Source: Kribbellaceae bacterium
GTDB lineage: Bacteria > Actinomycetota > Actinomycetes > Propionibacteriales > Kribbellaceae
DNA length: 64,000 nt
Reading direction: 5' to 3'
Assembly (NCBI GenBank): GCA_033851055.1
Contig: JAWWPC010000076.1
Location: forward strand, 21,239 to 85,238
The position numbers and the translations under genes were made by a program. This document shows positions 61,604-64,000 of the stretch, one piece after another. The notes below the pieces were generated by a model. That model did not search any database. It worked only from the letters and a program-made list of their open reading frames with translations, and was not told where the DNA came from. Every line of letters begins with the position of its first letter. Position 1 is the first letter of the stretch.

Positions 61604-61617
61604 GGAAAGCGTTTGCC
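61604..61617. promoter_or_regulatory. LacI-family operator-like GGAAAGCGTTTGCC
   Basis: Near-palindrome with central CG just upstream of the sugar ABC operon. Confidence 0.55.
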
Positions 61618-61799
61618 TTGGCCGGACAAGCTAGCCGACCGAACTGGTTCAGACAAGACCCTGTGGTGACATACCGGAACTATTTGAATACGCCACGCAG
61701 CCGGAACAGACAAACCACGCGGATCAACCGGCCGTCACGGCGACGATCACTGAGGCGGCGGGATCGAGCCGGCTGGTGATCCTGACGACGGCAGCACCC

Positions 61800-61852
61800 G
61801 GCGAGCTCACATCCAGGCGCGCTCAAGCACCCACGGGAGAGTCTGAAGAGCC
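61800..61852. mobile_element. Solo right end of the same ISL3-type element family
   Basis: 48/53 identical to 17157-17209; ends GAAGAGCC. Confidence 0.75.
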
Positions 61853-61897
61853 ACAATTTGGAGGTAGCTTCCACTCCCTGACGGAGGAGAGTTCTCG

Positions 61898-62422
61898 ATG
61901 GCCTTTCATGCCGCCGCGTTCATCGCGACCAGCCTCGACGGCTTCATCGCCCGGCCCGACGGCTCGATCGACTGGCTGACGAGCCACGGCGCTGAGGTCG
62001 GCGACACCGGCTACGCGGAGTTCATGGAAGGCGTCGACACCGTCGTGCTCGGCCGCAACACCTACGAGACTGTTCTCGGCTTCGACTTCTGGCCGTATGA
62101 CGGCAAGTCCGTCGACGTGCTGAGTACCACCTTGGCAACCGACACGGACAAACGCATCACCGTGCACCGCAATCTCGACGGCCTGGTCCAAGCCTTGACA
62201 GGCCGCGACGCCAAGCGCATCTACGTCGACGGCGGCCGCCTCGTCCAAACATTCCTGCGCGCGAGATTGCTGAACGAACTCACCATCACCGTCGTCCCGG
62301 TCCTGCTGGGCTCGGGCATCCCGCTCTTCGGCGACCTGGACGCCGACGTGGTACTTACCCACAACGCCACCCGGACTCTCGGCGCCGGTTTCGTCCAGTC
62401 CGACTACACCGTCCACCGCTGA
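61898..62422 (+). CDS. Dihydrofolate reductase-family (RibD C-terminal-like) protein
   Basis: IATSLDGFIA, LGRNTY, YVDGG, PVLLGSGIPLF. Confidence 0.9.
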   Translation: MAFHAAAFIATSLDGFIARPDGSIDWLTSHGAEVGDTGYAEFMEGVDTVVLGRNTYETVLGFDFWPYDGKSVDVLSTTLATDTDKRITVHRNLDGLVQALTGRDAKRIYVDGGRLVQTFLRARLLNELTITVVPVLLGSGIPLFGDLDADVVLTHNATRTLGAGFVQSDYTVHR

Positions 62423-62492
62423 CTCCGGCGTCCGCTCCGAACTCGGAAATCGGTTTGTCGAAGACGGAACCACCGGTACAGAATCGATCCTT

Positions 62493-63785
62493 GTGCCTGA
62501 ATCCCGGAGGTTGCTCGCCGATGTGAGGCCGCTGCGGGAGTCGGTGGACTATCGCCGGCTCTGGGTCGGGCAGTCGCTGTCATCGGTCGGCAGTTTCATG
62601 ACGAGTGTCGCCGTTGCCATCCAGGTCTACGACCTGACCGGGTCGTCATTCGCCGTCGGAGCGGTCGGTCTGGCCAGCCTCATCCCCACCCTTTCCTTCG
62701 GGCTCTTCGGCGGCTCGATCGTCGATGCCGTCGACCGGCGGAAGTTGGTTCTGATCACTAGCTGCGGCCTGATGGTCGTGGCCGTGCTCTTGGCCATGCA
62801 AGCAATGCTGGAGCTGAGACAGGTCTGGCTGCTCTACCTGCTGACCGCTGTCGGCGCAGGGCTCACCTCAGTCGATATGCCCGCTCGGCGCACGATCACA
62901 GCACGCCTGCTGCCAGCCGAGCTACTGCCCGCCGCAGCCGCGTTGTCCCAGCTCAACTTCCAGGTCACGATCATCGCCGCGCCGCTGCTCGCCGGCGTAC
63001 TGATCGCGGCAGCCGGACCACAAGCTGTCTATCTGGCCGACGTGGTCACCTTCCTGGCCGTCCTGTACAGCGTCCGCCGCCTGCGGCCCATGCCGCCGGA
63101 AGGTGGTGGGTCGACGCCCGGACTGCGGTCGGTGATGGAGGGCCTGCGCTATGCGGCACGACACCGGCTGATCGCGATGATCTTCCTGATCGACCTGACC
63201 GCGACAGTACTGGCGATGCCGACCGCTCTCTTCCCTGCGCTCGCCGCCACCCGCTTCGGCGGCGGCCCCACCACTGTCGGATTCCTGTACGCCGCCGTCG
63301 GCGTGGGTGGGCTCTTCGCGGCGGTCTTCTCCGGGCCGCTCGGGCACATCCGTTACCAGGGCCGCGCGATGCTGATGGCCGTCGCCGTCTGGGGCGCGGC
63401 GATCGGAAGCGTCGGCCTGACCCACTGGCTCTGGCTCGCGGTCGGCCTGCTGATGCTCGCAGGCGCTGCCGACATCGTCACAACGGTCTTCCGCGCGACC
63501 ATCCTCCAGGTGAACACGCCTGACGAACTCCGCGGTCGCCTGAACGGCCTCGACTTCGTGATCGGCCTGGGCGGTCTTCGCCTGGGCGACTTCCGCGCGG
63601 GAAGCGTCGCCGGTCTGGCCGATCCCGTCACCAGCATCATCGCCGGCGGAGCCGCCTGCGTCCTCGGCATCCTCGCCCTCGCCACGGCCTCTCCCACCGT
63701 CCGGCACTACAACGCCAAGGCCAATCCGACCCTGATACCGGGAGCCCGGATACCAGAACGGGAACCCGGACAGGAGATACCGTGA
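62493..63785 (+). CDS. MFS transporter (EntS/MFS_3-like)
   Basis: YRRLW.GQ, GG..VDAVDRRK, PDELRGR. Confidence 0.9.
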   Translation: MPESRRLLADVRPLRESVDYRRLWVGQSLSSVGSFMTSVAVAIQVYDLTGSSFAVGAVGLASLIPTLSFGLFGGSIVDAVDRRKLVLITSCGLMVVAVLLAMQAMLELRQVWLLYLLTAVGAGLTSVDMPARRTITARLLPAELLPAAAALSQLNFQVTIIAAPLLAGVLIAAAGPQAVYLADVVTFLAVLYSVRRLRPMPPEGGGSTPGLRSVMEGLRYAARHRLIAMIFLIDLTATVLAMPTALFPALAATRFGGGPTTVGFLYAAVGVGGLFAAVFSGPLGHIRYQGRAMLMAVAVWGAAIGSVGLTHWLWLAVGLLMLAGAADIVTTVFRATILQVNTPDELRGRLNGLDFVIGLGGLRLGDFRAGSVAGLADPVTSIIAGGAACVLGILALATASPTVRHYNAKANPTLIPGARIPEREPGQEIP

Positions 63786-63831
63786 CCCAGGTACCGACGT
63801 GCTGTCCGAAGTCCCCGCTGATGACGGGCGC

Positions 63832-63999
63832 TCACCACAGTTCGTCCAGCTGATCCAGTTGCTTGCGGAATCTGCGAGCGTCTCGCCGAGCCAGATTCCG
63901 CTCGACAACGATCAGGATCTCCTGAACCTCGTCCACCGAAGGGCAGCACTCCCAGATCCCGCAGCCCTCATACCGTGCTTCGTGAAGCCGGTGATAGGG
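63832..63999 (-). CDS. 3' end of a hypothetical protein entering from beyond the window
   Basis: Open frame PYHRLHEARYEGCGIWECCPS...LDELW-stop. Confidence 0.5.
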   Translation of the reverse strand, partial: PYHRLHEARYEGCGIWECCPSVDEVQEILIVVERNLARRDARRFRKQLDQLDELW

Positions 64000-64000
64000 A

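Overview
High-GC actinobacterial chromosome segment; gene order and style look like Kribbella/Propionibacteriales (inference). The backbone is respiratory: nuoA-G (nuoG cut by the window edge), menJ, menG, menF, menD, menC, menE, menA, and the hemL-phosphatase-resA-ccdA-resB-ccsA cytochrome c maturation operon. Accessory genes are interspersed: ABC/MFS/MMPL transporters with regulators, a GH3 glucosidase, a Tat-exported mutarotase, serine hydrolases, a DUF222-HNH gene, a sugar ABC operon and several decayed or mosaic genes. Three signals stand out. (1) An Abi_2/AbiF-like HEPN nuclease gene (15290-15940) lies head-to-head with a compact unit of promoter, UUCG-capped long hairpin and U-rich tail (about 15963-16064), a candidate RNA-antitoxin system. 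(2) Beside it is a 1061-bp transposase-less ISL3-type element (16149-17209) with terminal inverted repeats and a perfect 8-bp target duplication; its right end recurs 44.6 kb away. (3) A switch-like structured leader precedes an Spd/DUF2637-like membrane protein gene (55147-55207). All calls come from reading the sequence and recalling protein families; no database searches were run.
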